Source: Chloropicon primus
Lineage: Eukaryota
Length of the DNA stretch: 64,000 nucleotides
Direction of reading: 5' to 3'
Assembly: GCA_023205875.1 (NCBI GenBank)
Contig: CP060755.1
Location: 1,364,001 to 1,428,000 of the forward strand
Both the position numbers and the translations under genes were made by a program. The notes under the pieces were generated by a model. It was not told the origin of the DNA. It worked only from the letters and a program-made list of their open reading frames with translations, and ran no database searches. Below are positions 54,760 to 64,000 of this stretch, piece by piece (within the stretch, counting starts at the first letter, position 1; each line of letters starts with the position of its first letter).

Positions 54760-57582
54760 CTATTTCAAAGCATCCTTCAAGGCTCGGACCTTGGACTCAA
54801 GCTTGCTGAGCTCGGACAGTATCTCAGACGAGGACATGGACTTGTATTTCTGCGACGCGTCCTCCTCGAGCTGCAGAGCAGTTGACTTTCCGGTCACTCT
54901 CACGCTGGCCTTCATGAGGGACTCGCCTCTCATGACGCTCTCGTGGGTGAGGGCACGCCTGTTGTCCCTCTTCATGACAACCTTCTCCTTCTTCGCCATC
55001 AGCCCTTGGTGGTGTGCCTCGGAACCGATGTTCATCTTGTAGAGGGTCCAGTAAGTGATAGCCTTGATGATGTCTTGAAGGAAGAACCAGACCAAACAGT
55101 AGGCCCAGACGAAGCCGATCCACTTCCAGGTCAACGACTTCATCTCGGGCAAATCGAGGATGTCATCCCAGTAGTGGGAAAGAACTGTGCTGGCGCCCAT
55201 GGCGACCATTGCGGCAATTCCCAAGTGGTAGCTTGGCAGGCGGCTGAAGAAAGCTCCGGTGGTCCTCGCCGCAAAGACTGTGAGGAAGTCGGAAAGAGAC
55301 ACCTTGAGGTAAATCATCGTGCAGACTTGCCCGTAGTCAAGCTCCGACATTCCAAACTTCTTCAAGATGCTGGTAGGCTCGTTGGTATTGAGACCCCAGT
55401 ACAGCAGCAGAAGGGAGGAGACAACGGCGACGCCTCCGAGAACGACAGCGACCACGAAAATTTCAGTGAAGTGCCATTTTTCAGGAGTGTGGCTCGGCTT
55501 CACGTGGTCATAGGCGATGGAGATGATGCACCCATCGTTCAAGATCGTGATCACCACAAGCGCAATCACAGGGAGCTTGAAGTACAGATGGTCCTCAAAT
55601 CCAAAAGTGTTTGGATGGATCGCGAGAATCGCGAAGAAGAAGAAGGAGAGCAGCTGCAGGGTACACGCAATCCTGTAGATGACGTAGTTCTTCATCCTCT
55701 GGAAGATTTCCCTCGCGTACAGAATCGCAGTAACAATCGTGGAGAGTCCAGGGGCAGTGAGCACGATGTCCGCCGCAGCTTGCGCTGCATCAGTAGCCCC
55801 TTCGACGGCGATACCAATGTCTCCCCTCTTGAGGGCAGGCGCATCGTTGACTCCGTCCCCGGTCATTCCCACAACCCACCCCCTCTGGCGAAGAATCTCG
55901 ATGATGGTGAACTTGTGGTCAGGATAAACCTGCGCGAACCCATCGGCGTTCTCCACGAGACCCCCGTAGTTGGCACCAAGGGACTTGTCTCCCATGGATT
56001 CCGCGCCTGGTAAGTTCTCAGGGGTCAAGACGGACATTCCCATTCCAAGGACTCTGCAAGTCTCAATGGCGATCGTCTGCTGGTCTCCGGTGATCATCTT
56101 GACGTCAATGCCATAGTCGTAAGCCTTCTCGATCGTCGCCCTCGTGTCAGGGCGAGGGGGGTCAAGAAAGGTGAGGATTCCAAGAAGCTGCCACTGCCCC
56201 TGCTCGTTGGTGCGGGCCACGGCCAGGCCTCGAATGCCGCGCGAAGCCAGCTCCATGATCTTCGCGTCCACCGAGGCCCCAATCTGGGCCTTGTTGTGGC
56301 ACTTGTCGAGGACAACCTGCGGCGCGCCCTTCATCACCTTGAAGACGTACCCGTTCTCGTCCTTGAGGGTCGCCTCCGTGTACTTGGTGGAGGGATCGAA
56401 GGGCTCGTACTCGATCTGCTCGAACCTATCGAGCGGCTTGAGGGGGATCGCCTTCAAGACGAGGGTGTCGATGGCGTCCTTCGCGGGCTCCCTCCACTTG
56501 GCGGCGAGGCAGGCGGCCTCGAGGACGTCCAGTCTGGTGATTCCCGCCGTCCACATGGGAAGGTCGTCCTGCAACTCCATCTTGTTCATGGTCAGCGTCC
56601 CGGTCTTGTCGGAGCAGAGCATGTTCATGGAGGCCAGCTCCTCGATGGAGGTGAGCCTGGACACGATGGCCTTCTCCTCGGCGAGCATCCTGCACCCGAG
56701 GGCCATCGTGGAGGTGCACACCACCTGCATGGCGATCGGGATGGACGCGATCAGCAGGACCACCGCGAAGGCGATGGCCTGCAGGACGTCCTCCCCGTTC
56801 AGCAGGAGGTACCCGAGAACGATGCCGGTGAGCACGAAGCTCACGCACAGCAGCCCGAAGGTGATCTGGAGGATGACCTTCTGGAAATGGCCCTGCTCGT
56901 CCACGGAGGCGATCATCGCGGCGGTCTTGCCGAAGAAGGTCTCCCCGCCGGTCGCCGTCACGATGGCCTCGATCTCCCCCCTCGTCACGTTGGAGCCCAT
57001 CTTGGCGCTGTCCCCGTTGGACAGGGTCACGGGGAGGGACTCCCCCGTGAGCGCGGCCTGATCGACCTGGATCGGCTTGCCCTCGCAGACCTCGCAGTCC
57101 GCGGGGACGGCCGCGCCCGCCGCGAGGGTCACGCGGTCGCCGGGCACCAGGAGGGTGGCCTCCATCTTCCTGTGCTGTCCGTTTCGGATGACCTGGCACT
57201 CGGGCTTCAGGGCGTTCTTCAGGGCGGCCACAGCGTTCCCCGCCTTCCAGTCCTCGAACCACCCGACCGTGCTGTTCAGGATCTGGAGGGTCAGCAGCAC
57301 GAAGAAGTCCGGCCAGTCCTTGATGATCGCCTCGATGCCGATCGCGATCCAGATCATGATCGCCATCGGGGAGAGGAAGGACATCACAAGCTTGAGCAGC
57401 GGGTTGTCCTTCTTCTCCGCCAGCATGTTCGGCCCGAACTTCTCAAGCCTCCTCTCCGCCTCCTCCTCCGTCAGGCCTTGGGGGCCTGTCTTGAACAACA
57501 TGCTCTTGGGCACGCCGCAGTAGTACGCGTCGTCCTGGGCGGACTCCGAGGCCCCCGCTGGGAGCAGAGGCGCGGAACTCAT
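54760..57582 (-). CDS. PMA: P-type IIIA plasma-membrane H+-ATPase
   Basis: DQAALTGESLPV, CSDKTGTLT, KGAPQV, DPPRPDT, MTGDGVNDAPALK and ILNDG motifs. Confidence 0.97.
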   Translation of the reverse strand: MSSAPLLPAGASESAQDDAYYCGVPKSMLFKTGPQGLTEEEAERRLEKFGPNMLAEKKDNPLLKLVMSFLSPMAIMIWIAIGIEAIIKDWPDFFVLLTLQILNSTVGWFEDWKAGNAVAALKNALKPECQVIRNGQHRKMEATLLVPGDRVTLAAGAAVPADCEVCEGKPIQVDQAALTGESLPVTLSNGDSAKMGSNVTRGEIEAIVTATGGETFFGKTAAMIASVDEQGHFQKVILQITFGLLCVSFVLTGIVLGYLLLNGEDVLQAIAFAVVLLIASIPIAMQVVCTSTMALGCRMLAEEKAIVSRLTSIEELASMNMLCSDKTGTLTMNKMELQDDLPMWTAGITRLDVLEAACLAAKWREPAKDAIDTLVLKAIPLKPLDRFEQIEYEPFDPSTKYTEATLKDENGYVFKVMKGAPQVVLDKCHNKAQIGASVDAKIMELASRGIRGLAVARTNEQGQWQLLGILTFLDPPRPDTRATIEKAYDYGIDVKMITGDQQTIAIETCRVLGMGMSVLTPENLPGAESMGDKSLGANYGGLVENADGFAQVYPDHKFTIIEILRQRGWVVGMTGDGVNDAPALKRGDIGIAVEGATDAAQAAADIVLTAPGLSTIVTAILYAREIFQRMKNYVIYRIACTLQLLSFFFFAILAIHPNTFGFEDHLYFKLPVIALVVITILNDGCIISIAYDHVKPSHTPEKWHFTEIFVVAVVLGGVAVVSSLLLLYWGLNTNEPTSILKKFGMSELDYGQVCTMIYLKVSLSDFLTVFAARTTGAFFSRLPSYHLGIAAMVAMGASTVLSHYWDDILDLPEMKSLTWKWIGFVWAYCLVWFFLQDIIKAITYWTLYKMNIGSEAHHQGLMAKKEKVVMKRDNRRALTHESVMRGESLMKASVRVTGKSTALQLEEDASQKYKSMSSSEILSELSKLESKVRALKDALK

Positions 57583-57932
57583 CGCGGACGAGGTCAGCGA
57601 GAAACAAATGCGAAGCGCGAACGCGAAGAAAACAAGAAGGCGACGACGGTCGCCAAGAACTGGAACGATGGACGACGACGGTCGACGTTCCCCTCGTGGT
57701 TTCTGGTCACGCCTCTGGTCTCTGTACAAGAAACCCTAATGGAATATCCGTGACCTCACTCGAAGAAAATAAAACTCCTCATTGAGAGGGGCAAATCCCA
57801 ATTCATTCGGTTATTGATTGAGGTCCTCCGTAACGCCTGTGGTGTGGGGTCGGTCTCGGCTTGGCAGAGAGACTGTGGGGCGCGACACGGCGAACGACGA
57901 CGGACGACGAGAAGAAGACAAACACACACACG

Positions 57933-58778
57933 ATGAGGCATCCTAACAAGGCGATTGCGACGTTGGTGGCGGCGGCTTTGCTGCTGGGGACCGCCCGCGC
58001 GGAGGGCTTCAGGGCTAAGGACGACGAGATCGTGCCCTCCGACTCCGTGCTGGTCAACGCCACCGCCTCGCCCACCAACGCCTCGTGCGCGGACGACCTG
58101 TGGGACGATCCGAGCACGACGTGCGAGGAGCACAAGGAGTGGGGCCAGTGCTTCGAGGACTTCATGATCAAGAAGGGCCAGAACGAGGAGAACGATGTGG
58201 TCGGCGTGCTCTCATACTGCGCCAGAACCTGCGGGCGCTGCCCCGGGGACGTGTGGGACCCCGCCCTGTACTTCGAGAGGACCGGGGGGAGAAGCCTGTA
58301 CCTCGGGGAGGACGCCCTGGTCGAGGGCTGCAGGAACGAGGAGGGGCTGACCTGCGAGGTCGAGGTCGAGACTGCGGAGCCCGTGGAGCCCGCGGAGGCG
58401 GAGCCCGCCGAGACCACCGCGGGGGGGGGCTGCGGCTTCTCCACCGGGAGGCCGGAGTACTCCATCCCCGGGGGCAAGTCGGAGGACGAGTGCAGGGCGA
58501 ACTTCGCGAGCCTGGGGGACCTGAGAGGCCTCCAGTCGGACACCAGCATCATGTCGTGCGTCACGAGCTACGGCTCCCAGTGCTGCAGCGGGGTCAACAG
58601 GTACTTGGGGAAGGGCTCGGGGCTGCACGGGTGCGCCTGCAAGACGAATCTGCTGAACGAGGTCTTGGGAATGGTGCCCTCGTTCGCCAGGCCAATCTTG
58701 CAGGGCGCGATCAGCGCCTGCAACGTTCCGACCGTCGCGAACGGCCAGTGCAAAGCCGCCGAGTGCCGCAGGAAGTGA
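57933..58778 (+). CDS. Secreted cysteine-rich protein with two Cys modules
   Basis: Signal peptide MRHPNKAIATLVAAALLLGTARA; TCEEHKEWGQC...YCARTCGRC module; E/P/A linker; C-terminal C-C-CC-CxC-C-C pattern. Confidence 0.8.
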   Translation: MRHPNKAIATLVAAALLLGTARAEGFRAKDDEIVPSDSVLVNATASPTNASCADDLWDDPSTTCEEHKEWGQCFEDFMIKKGQNEENDVVGVLSYCARTCGRCPGDVWDPALYFERTGGRSLYLGEDALVEGCRNEEGLTCEVEVETAEPVEPAEAEPAETTAGGGCGFSTGRPEYSIPGGKSEDECRANFASLGDLRGLQSDTSIMSCVTSYGSQCCSGVNRYLGKGSGLHGCACKTNLLNEVLGMVPSFARPILQGAISACNVPTVANGQCKAAECRRK

Positions 58779-58984
58779 TCGGCGGGGAAGGAGAGAGGAC
58801 CAAGAAGTGCATGGTTGCCCACGGAGAACGGGAAGGCAAAATCGCGACGAAGAGAGGGAGTTGGAGCGTTGCGCGTTTCGCATCATCGCCTAATGCGTTG
58901 TCTGCTGGAAATAGTAGTGCTTGCAAACCAAACAACAACAACAAAAAAGCAAAAAACGTTATTCTTCTCCGCTCCCGCCCTGAG

Positions 58985-60913
58985 CTAAGCCACGGACATG
59001 AACCTGTTCCTCTTGCCTTGGGCGCTCTGACTGCCCAACGACGACCTCCCCATGCTAGAAAAGCGCCGCAGAGCTTTGAACCTCATCTTCTTCTTCTTCT
59101 TCTGCGGCTTCCCGTCGGTTTGGGAGGCCTCCTCCTCCTCCTCCTCCTCCCCGTCCGAGTTCCTGTCCAGGAAGAATTGGTCCATGGTGAGGTCACTCGG
59201 ATCCTCTCCACCCGGGCTGTTCGGGCTCGCCTCGCTCGCCTCCTTGGCGGCAAGGGGCCTGATCCTCAAGGACTTGAAGGGCACCCACTGAATCAGCTCG
59301 TTCCCATGGGGTCCAAAGACGACCGACATCCTTTGGGTCTCCATGTTCCTGTCGTTGACGCGGGCTTTCCACCACTTGGAGTCCCAGAATATCTCGACGT
59401 GCTCTTGGCCCTCCTCCTCCTCCTGCTGCTGCTGCCCGCTGGTGCTTGCCCCGCTGCCTCTCTGCATGTTTTCCAGAGCCGTGTGGATGGAGGAGTGAGG
59501 GATTTGCTTGGGCTTTGGTAGCTCTGGTGGCGATGGTGGCGACAGCAGCTTCGCTCCCGGGTTCCTCTCTTGGAGCCTGCCCTGCAGCATGTCCTCCCCC
59601 TCGCCACTGCTGCTGGCCTCCTCCTCCTCGTCCTCGTTTTCATGTTGGTTTTCGTTCTCCTCCACCAAGGGAGCACTCTCGCCGTTGCCCTGCACCAGCT
59701 CGTCGATGGACACGGCTGCCTCAGCGGGAGGTGGCGAGACCTTCACGGGGGATGCCGGGGCCCTGGCCTCCGCAGCAGCCGATGCTTCGTGGGAGACCGT
59801 CCTCGTCCCAGCCCCAGTTTCCTCCTGGGGCCTCTTCTGCTCTCTCTGGGAGTATTCCCTTACCTGCTCCATGAGCGTCTCGATTTCTTCCATGAGGTTC
59901 CTCTTGTCGACCTCCATCTGGTCGTGCGCGGTCGTGAGCTCCTCTTGCAACTCCCGCGTCCTGGAGCTCTGCTGCCTGTACTTCTCGCTGAGGTTCTCGT
60001 TCTCCTTCCGAAGCTTGTCCGCCAGCTTTCCCTTCACCTCCACGTCGGCCTTGAGGAAGCTGAGCTCGTCTTGGAGCTTTTCCATTCCTTTCCTCTTGTC
60101 GACCTCCATCTGGTCGTGCGCGGTCGTGAGCTCCTCTTGCAACTCCCGCGTCCTGGAGCTCTGCTGCCTGTACTTCTCGCTGAGGTTCTCGTTCTCCTTC
60201 CGAAGCTTGTCCGCCAGCTTTCCCTTCACCTCCACGTCGGTCTTGAGGAAGCTGAGCTCGTCTTGGAGCTTTTCCACCTGCGAGTCCTTCTCGGACAGTC
60301 GGGCCTGAAAGGCCTCCCTTTCCCGATCCTCGGACAGCTCCACCTCCCGGCTCTCCGAGACGAGCTCCATGATCTGACCCTCGTACTCGTCCCGGACTCG
60401 CTGGACTTGGGCGCTCCCCGTCTCCCTCAGCCTCGCCAGCTCTCCCGCGTGGTCCGACTTGAGCCTCTTCATTTCAGACCTGAGGGACTCCAGCTCCTCC
60501 TCCCTGTCGCTCTTGCCCCCGACCGTCTGAAGCTCGGCGTTCACGCGCCTCAGGTACTCGCACTCGTCGTTCTTCAGCTTGAGCTCCTCCTCCAGGTTGG
60601 CCGCCTTCCGGATCTGGGCGCCCCTCCTGGCCCGCTCCTCGCTCGACTCCCTGAGCTCCCGGACGTCCTTCTCCAGCGCCTTGCAGTACTCCCTCGCTTC
60701 GGCGTCCCTGCCGAGCACGAACTCCTCGTACCTCTCCAGTATCTGCAGGCTGTCCAGCTTGGTCTGGATGAGGTTCTGCGCAATCACGCGCAAGTTGCGA
60801 ACGTCCCCCGGGGTGACCTTCGCCCCCCCCCTGCCCTCGAGCCTCCTTATCGCCAAGAGGAGCTGGTCGAAGGCCGCCACGTCCATGTTCGTCAGCTTTG
60901 TGATGATGTCCAT
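58985..60913 (-). CDS. Coiled-coil protein with internal duplication and C-terminal Tudor/Agenet-like domain
   Basis: 642-aa ORF; VEIFWDSKWWKARV...VVF...WVPFKSLR; basic KKKKKMR NLS-like patch. Confidence 0.8.
   Translation of the reverse strand: MDIITKLTNMDVAAFDQLLLAIRRLEGRGGAKVTPGDVRNLRVIAQNLIQTKLDSLQILERYEEFVLGRDAEAREYCKALEKDVRELRESSEERARRGAQIRKAANLEEELKLKNDECEYLRRVNAELQTVGGKSDREEELESLRSEMKRLKSDHAGELARLRETGSAQVQRVRDEYEGQIMELVSESREVELSEDREREAFQARLSEKDSQVEKLQDELSFLKTDVEVKGKLADKLRKENENLSEKYRQQSSRTRELQEELTTAHDQMEVDKRKGMEKLQDELSFLKADVEVKGKLADKLRKENENLSEKYRQQSSRTRELQEELTTAHDQMEVDKRNLMEEIETLMEQVREYSQREQKRPQEETGAGTRTVSHEASAAAEARAPASPVKVSPPPAEAAVSIDELVQGNGESAPLVEENENQHENEDEEEEASSSGEGEDMLQGRLQERNPGAKLLSPPSPPELPKPKQIPHSSIHTALENMQRGSGASTSGQQQQEEEEGQEHVEIFWDSKWWKARVNDRNMETQRMSVVFGPHGNELIQWVPFKSLRIRPLAAKEASEASPNSPGGEDPSDLTMDQFFLDRNSDGEEEEEEEASQTDGKPQKKKKKMRFKALRRFSSMGRSSLGSQSAQGKRNRFMSVA
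59898..60276. repeat. Near-perfect tandem duplication, period 192 bp (64 aa)
   Basis: 59898-60084 versus 60090-60276; one substitution seen (Ala/Thr). Confidence 0.95.
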
Positions 60914-61211
60914 CGTGTGGGTGTGTTTCTCCCTCCAACTTGGTTTTCGTTCTCAAGACCGAGGAACAAGGGAAGAAACAAGCAAGCAATCAAGCAAGCA
61001 AACAGACAAAGACAGCAAGATCCTTTCGTCAAAAACAAACTTCCTCCCTCTCCCAATCCTAACCCTCAGCAAGGTCTCCCAACCCTCCACTTGTCTCTCT
61101 CTCTCTCTTGTCAAAGGCAAAAGGTGACCTCCAGACCAAGTTCATTTAATTTAACGTTTCCCTCGTAGCGTGCGGAGAGTGTAAAACAGTTTACATTAGA
61201 TCTGGTGAGGA

Positions 61212-61254
61212 CCGTTCCGTTCCCCCGTTCCGAAGGAGCCGTTGGGGGTTCAAA
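61212..61254. promoter_or_regulatory. Four MSA-like (AACGG) cores plus a CHR-like TTCAAA upstream of cyclin B
   Basis: CCGTT at 61212, 61217, 61225 and 61239; TTCAAA at 61249-61254. Confidence 0.6.
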
Positions 61255-61614
61255 ATGCGAAAATGCGATCGTTGATCTGTCGCAGGGGGGAATGAAGGAG
61301 GTGATCGATCGTTGATCAGTCAAGAGGTACGACGGGCGGAGGCGAAGACCGAGAGGTGGCGAGTGCTAGTGTGCGTGCGTGCGAGAGGTAAGGAAGAGCT
61401 GGGGGATAACGCATGTTGTGGTGAAGCGCAGCGGACGAGCGAATTAGTGCGAGGAGACGAAGGCGACCGCCGAGAGAGACACAGACACGCGAGAGTGAGA
61501 AGCGTGTGTTTTGAGGAATCGAACACAAGTGAGAAGAGACAAACAGAAGCAGAGGGCAGTCCTTCGCCGGTTGAGTTGAGAGGATCTTGAGGACAGACGT
61601 AGAAAGGAGGAAAC

Positions 61615-63111
61615 ATGGCGGCTTTTGTGCGAGCTGCGGCGGGAAGAAACGGAAGGGTTGCGGACGAGAACTCCATGAGCATCAAGGAGGACGGCAAGTT
61701 CGCAATGGGCAACGGCGGCCTTGGAAGGAAGTGAGTACCAGAGGTTTTTCGATCCCGACCCACCCCACCCGACGGCTTTGGAGGACGAGGGCGAGGACGA
61801 GAACGTCGTCGCCCTCTGGAAGGTGACACGAGATGCTGACCAAACACGTTTTTCGTTCCTCCCCCTTCCTTGACCAGGCCCTTGCAGGCATTGGATAACC
61901 TTGCGTCTGCCTTGACGGGACGTTGCAATGTTGGTGGGAAGAAGAGCCAGAAGGGGTCTTCTGCCACAGGACAGGTGAGCAAACCCCCGCACCCCCCTTG
62001 TCGCTCGAGAAGAAGAGCAGCAACGCTGACCGCCTCTCCCTCCCTCGCGCAGTACGATTGGTCGAGGCAGCCGCTCCAGAACGTGACGAACGGTGACAAG
62101 AGGAGCAGCTCCACCAGAGGCACCGAGAGAAGCACCCTGTCCCGCCTGCTGGACCAGAGGAGCAAGCAGGCCAACGATGGCCTCACTGACATCGACAGCA
62201 TGGATAAGGGCAACCCACAGGCCGTCGCCGAGTACGCTTGCGATATCTACAACTACTACAAGGAGGTGGAGGGAGTGTACCACCCGCAAGACTACATGGG
62301 ATCTCAGACCGACATCAACGAGAAGATGCGCTCGATCCTCATGGACTGGCTCATTGAGGTTCACATCAAGTTCAAGGTAAGGGAAGAGGAGAAGAGCTTT
62401 TCCGGGCGTGCCGGGCGTGCGACGCGTGTTTCTTTTTGCTTTTTGTTTTGAGCTTCCGTACTGAAAGTTGGCCGACTCCTTCCTTGACCCCTCCTCTCGC
62501 AGTTGATGCCGGAGACCCTGTACCTCACCATTCAGCTCATCGACCGCTTCCTGGCGAAGAAGCAGACGAACAGGAAGAACTTGCAACTCGTCGGTATCAC
62601 CGCGATGCTTTTGGCTTCCAAGTACGAGGAGATTTGGTCTCCTGAGGTGAAGGACTTCGTTTTCATTAGCGACAAAGCCTACACGAAGCAGCAGCTCTTG
62701 CAGATGGAGAGGGTAATGCTCAACACCCTCAAGTACAGACTCACTGTTCCGACGCACTACCACTTCTTGCTCAGGTACCTCAAGGCCGTGAAAGCTGACA
62801 AGAAGTGCGAGAACTACGCCTTCTTCTTGATGGAGCTCGGCCTTGTGAACTACAAGTGCATCAAATACCCATCGTCGCTTATTGCGACCGCGTCTGTCTA
62901 TGCCGCTCTCAGGACACTCAACAAGAACGCTTGGCCAAGGGCCCTCCAGCAGCACAGTGGATACTCCGAGAGCGAAGTTCGCGACTGCGCGACTTTCTTG
63001 GTAGGCCTTCACAAGGCGTCCGGGTCTTCTTCCTTGAGGGCTGTGGTGAAGAAGTATTCGAGCAGCAAACTGGGTCAGGTTGCGAGGATGACTCCTTACG
63101 AGTTCAACTAA
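61615..63111 (+). CDS. CYCB: B-type mitotic cyclin; introns 61731-61877, 61975-62052 (probable) and 62377-62502
   Basis: Splicing creates D-box RKPLQALDN; INEKMRSILMDWLIEVH|LMPETLYLT and ASKYEEIWSPEV motifs. Confidence 0.95.
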
Positions 63112-63267
63112 AAAAAAAATGTGCTCCGTCTCTTTGAAAGAGAGAACGGGTTGTTTCTTTTATGATGACATGTAATTGACGACAAACGCTATAAAATCAA
63201 CTTATATTTTACAAATGACATGTTGGAACGACTTCCAGTGCCCTCTTTCTTCCTTTTTATTGCGCGC

Positions 63268-64000
63268 TCACCGAGCAACCTCCTCCTCCTCGAGATTCCT
63301 CTTCAGGGCCTGCATCTGCGACTTCAAGTCTTTCAGGAAACCACGAAGCTTGGAAGCGGGGTGAAATCAAAAGTCAGCGCAATCGACCTGGAAAAGGAAA
63401 GAATTCCGCTTGATATCTACCTTGTCGCTCTCCACGCTGGTCTCTGGTACGAGCTGCTGCTGCCTCGTTGGGACGGGCCTCGCTCCCTTTTTCTTGTAGT
63501 GCAAAGTGTATCTCTTGATGATCTCCCCCAAGTTTTTCGTGTAGGTGTCCTTCAACGCTTGAATCTGCAATTGAGATCGCTTCGGCGTCAGCACGTCGTG
63601 CGAGAGCGTCGTTCCCAGGAGCCCGGGCCGGCCTTACCTTGTGCTTGTACTTCTTCACGTCCTTGTCGTGGGCCTTCCTCGCGAGGACGAGCCTCCTTTC
63701 CAGTTGCGCGATCTGGTCATTCTTGCTGTTCACCTGCATTTCCAGCTCCAGGCACCTTTCCCTGCTGGCCCCGAGCTGTATCTCCGCGTCATAGCGGAAG
63801 CCGCTGGCGTTGTCGATGGAGGACAAGGCGCTCCTGGACACGTTGTGCTCGTGCAGGACGTCCACCGCTGCCGAGGCGATGTTCACGATGTCCTCCTGCG
63901 CGTTGTGCCGGGCAGGCTTCCTCAGCTCGGGTTTGAAGGCGGTCTTCTGACGCTGAGAGACGCCGCCGCTGCTGAAGGGTCTCAGGTAGCTCGGGAGCGT
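63268..64000 (-). CDS. 3' part of a hypothetical coiled-coil protein (runs off the right edge); introns 63565-63637 and 63349-63420
   Basis: GTAAG...TTGCAG and GTAGA...CCAAG introns join ...KYKHK|IQALKD...ESDK|LRGFLKD...EVAR* in frame. Confidence 0.65.

Overview
Compact, gene-dense, intron-poor eukaryotic nuclear DNA from a green alga. Chlorophyte identity is inferred from plastid-targeted Tab2, DGD1, PCYA and SecE, TGTAA poly(A) signals, short GT-AG introns and high GC3; the style fits a picoplanktonic prasinophyte such as Chloropicon. About 36 protein-coding genes are supported, two cut by the window edges: ATM kinase 5' part, Tab2, serine carboxypeptidase, VPS26, PSMD9, acyltransferase-3, COX10, TyrRS, TBC GAP, CCDC40, WD40/coiled-coil protein, PP2A-A, folate-biopterin transporter, pseudokinase, VPS60, LST8, HIBCH, MSI4, BIO2, LONRF, NPL4, DGD1, DBP2, CDH1/CCS52, PCYA-like, Myb/SANT-like, SecE, PRMT10-like, flavin amine oxidase, H+-ATPase, a secreted Cys-rich protein, a coiled-coil/Tudor protein, cyclin B and several hypotheticals. 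No rRNA, tRNA, CRISPR array or intact transposon was recognised, and no multi-gene novel system is evident. Best leads: (1) a 3'-UTR intron packed with RNA hairpins behind the pseudokinase; (2) an unexplained multi-hairpin element at 51.3-51.4 kb; (3) the long conserved-position DBP2 intron with an internal 5' splice site inside a C/D-like motif; (4) probable non-AUG (ACG) initiation of a plastid folate transporter; (5) a PcyA with catalytic His replaced by Arg; (6) an LTP-like eight-cysteine motif in an algal secreted protein; (7) an MSA+CHR cluster in the divergent cyclin B promoter. Family calls come from remembered motifs, not database searches.
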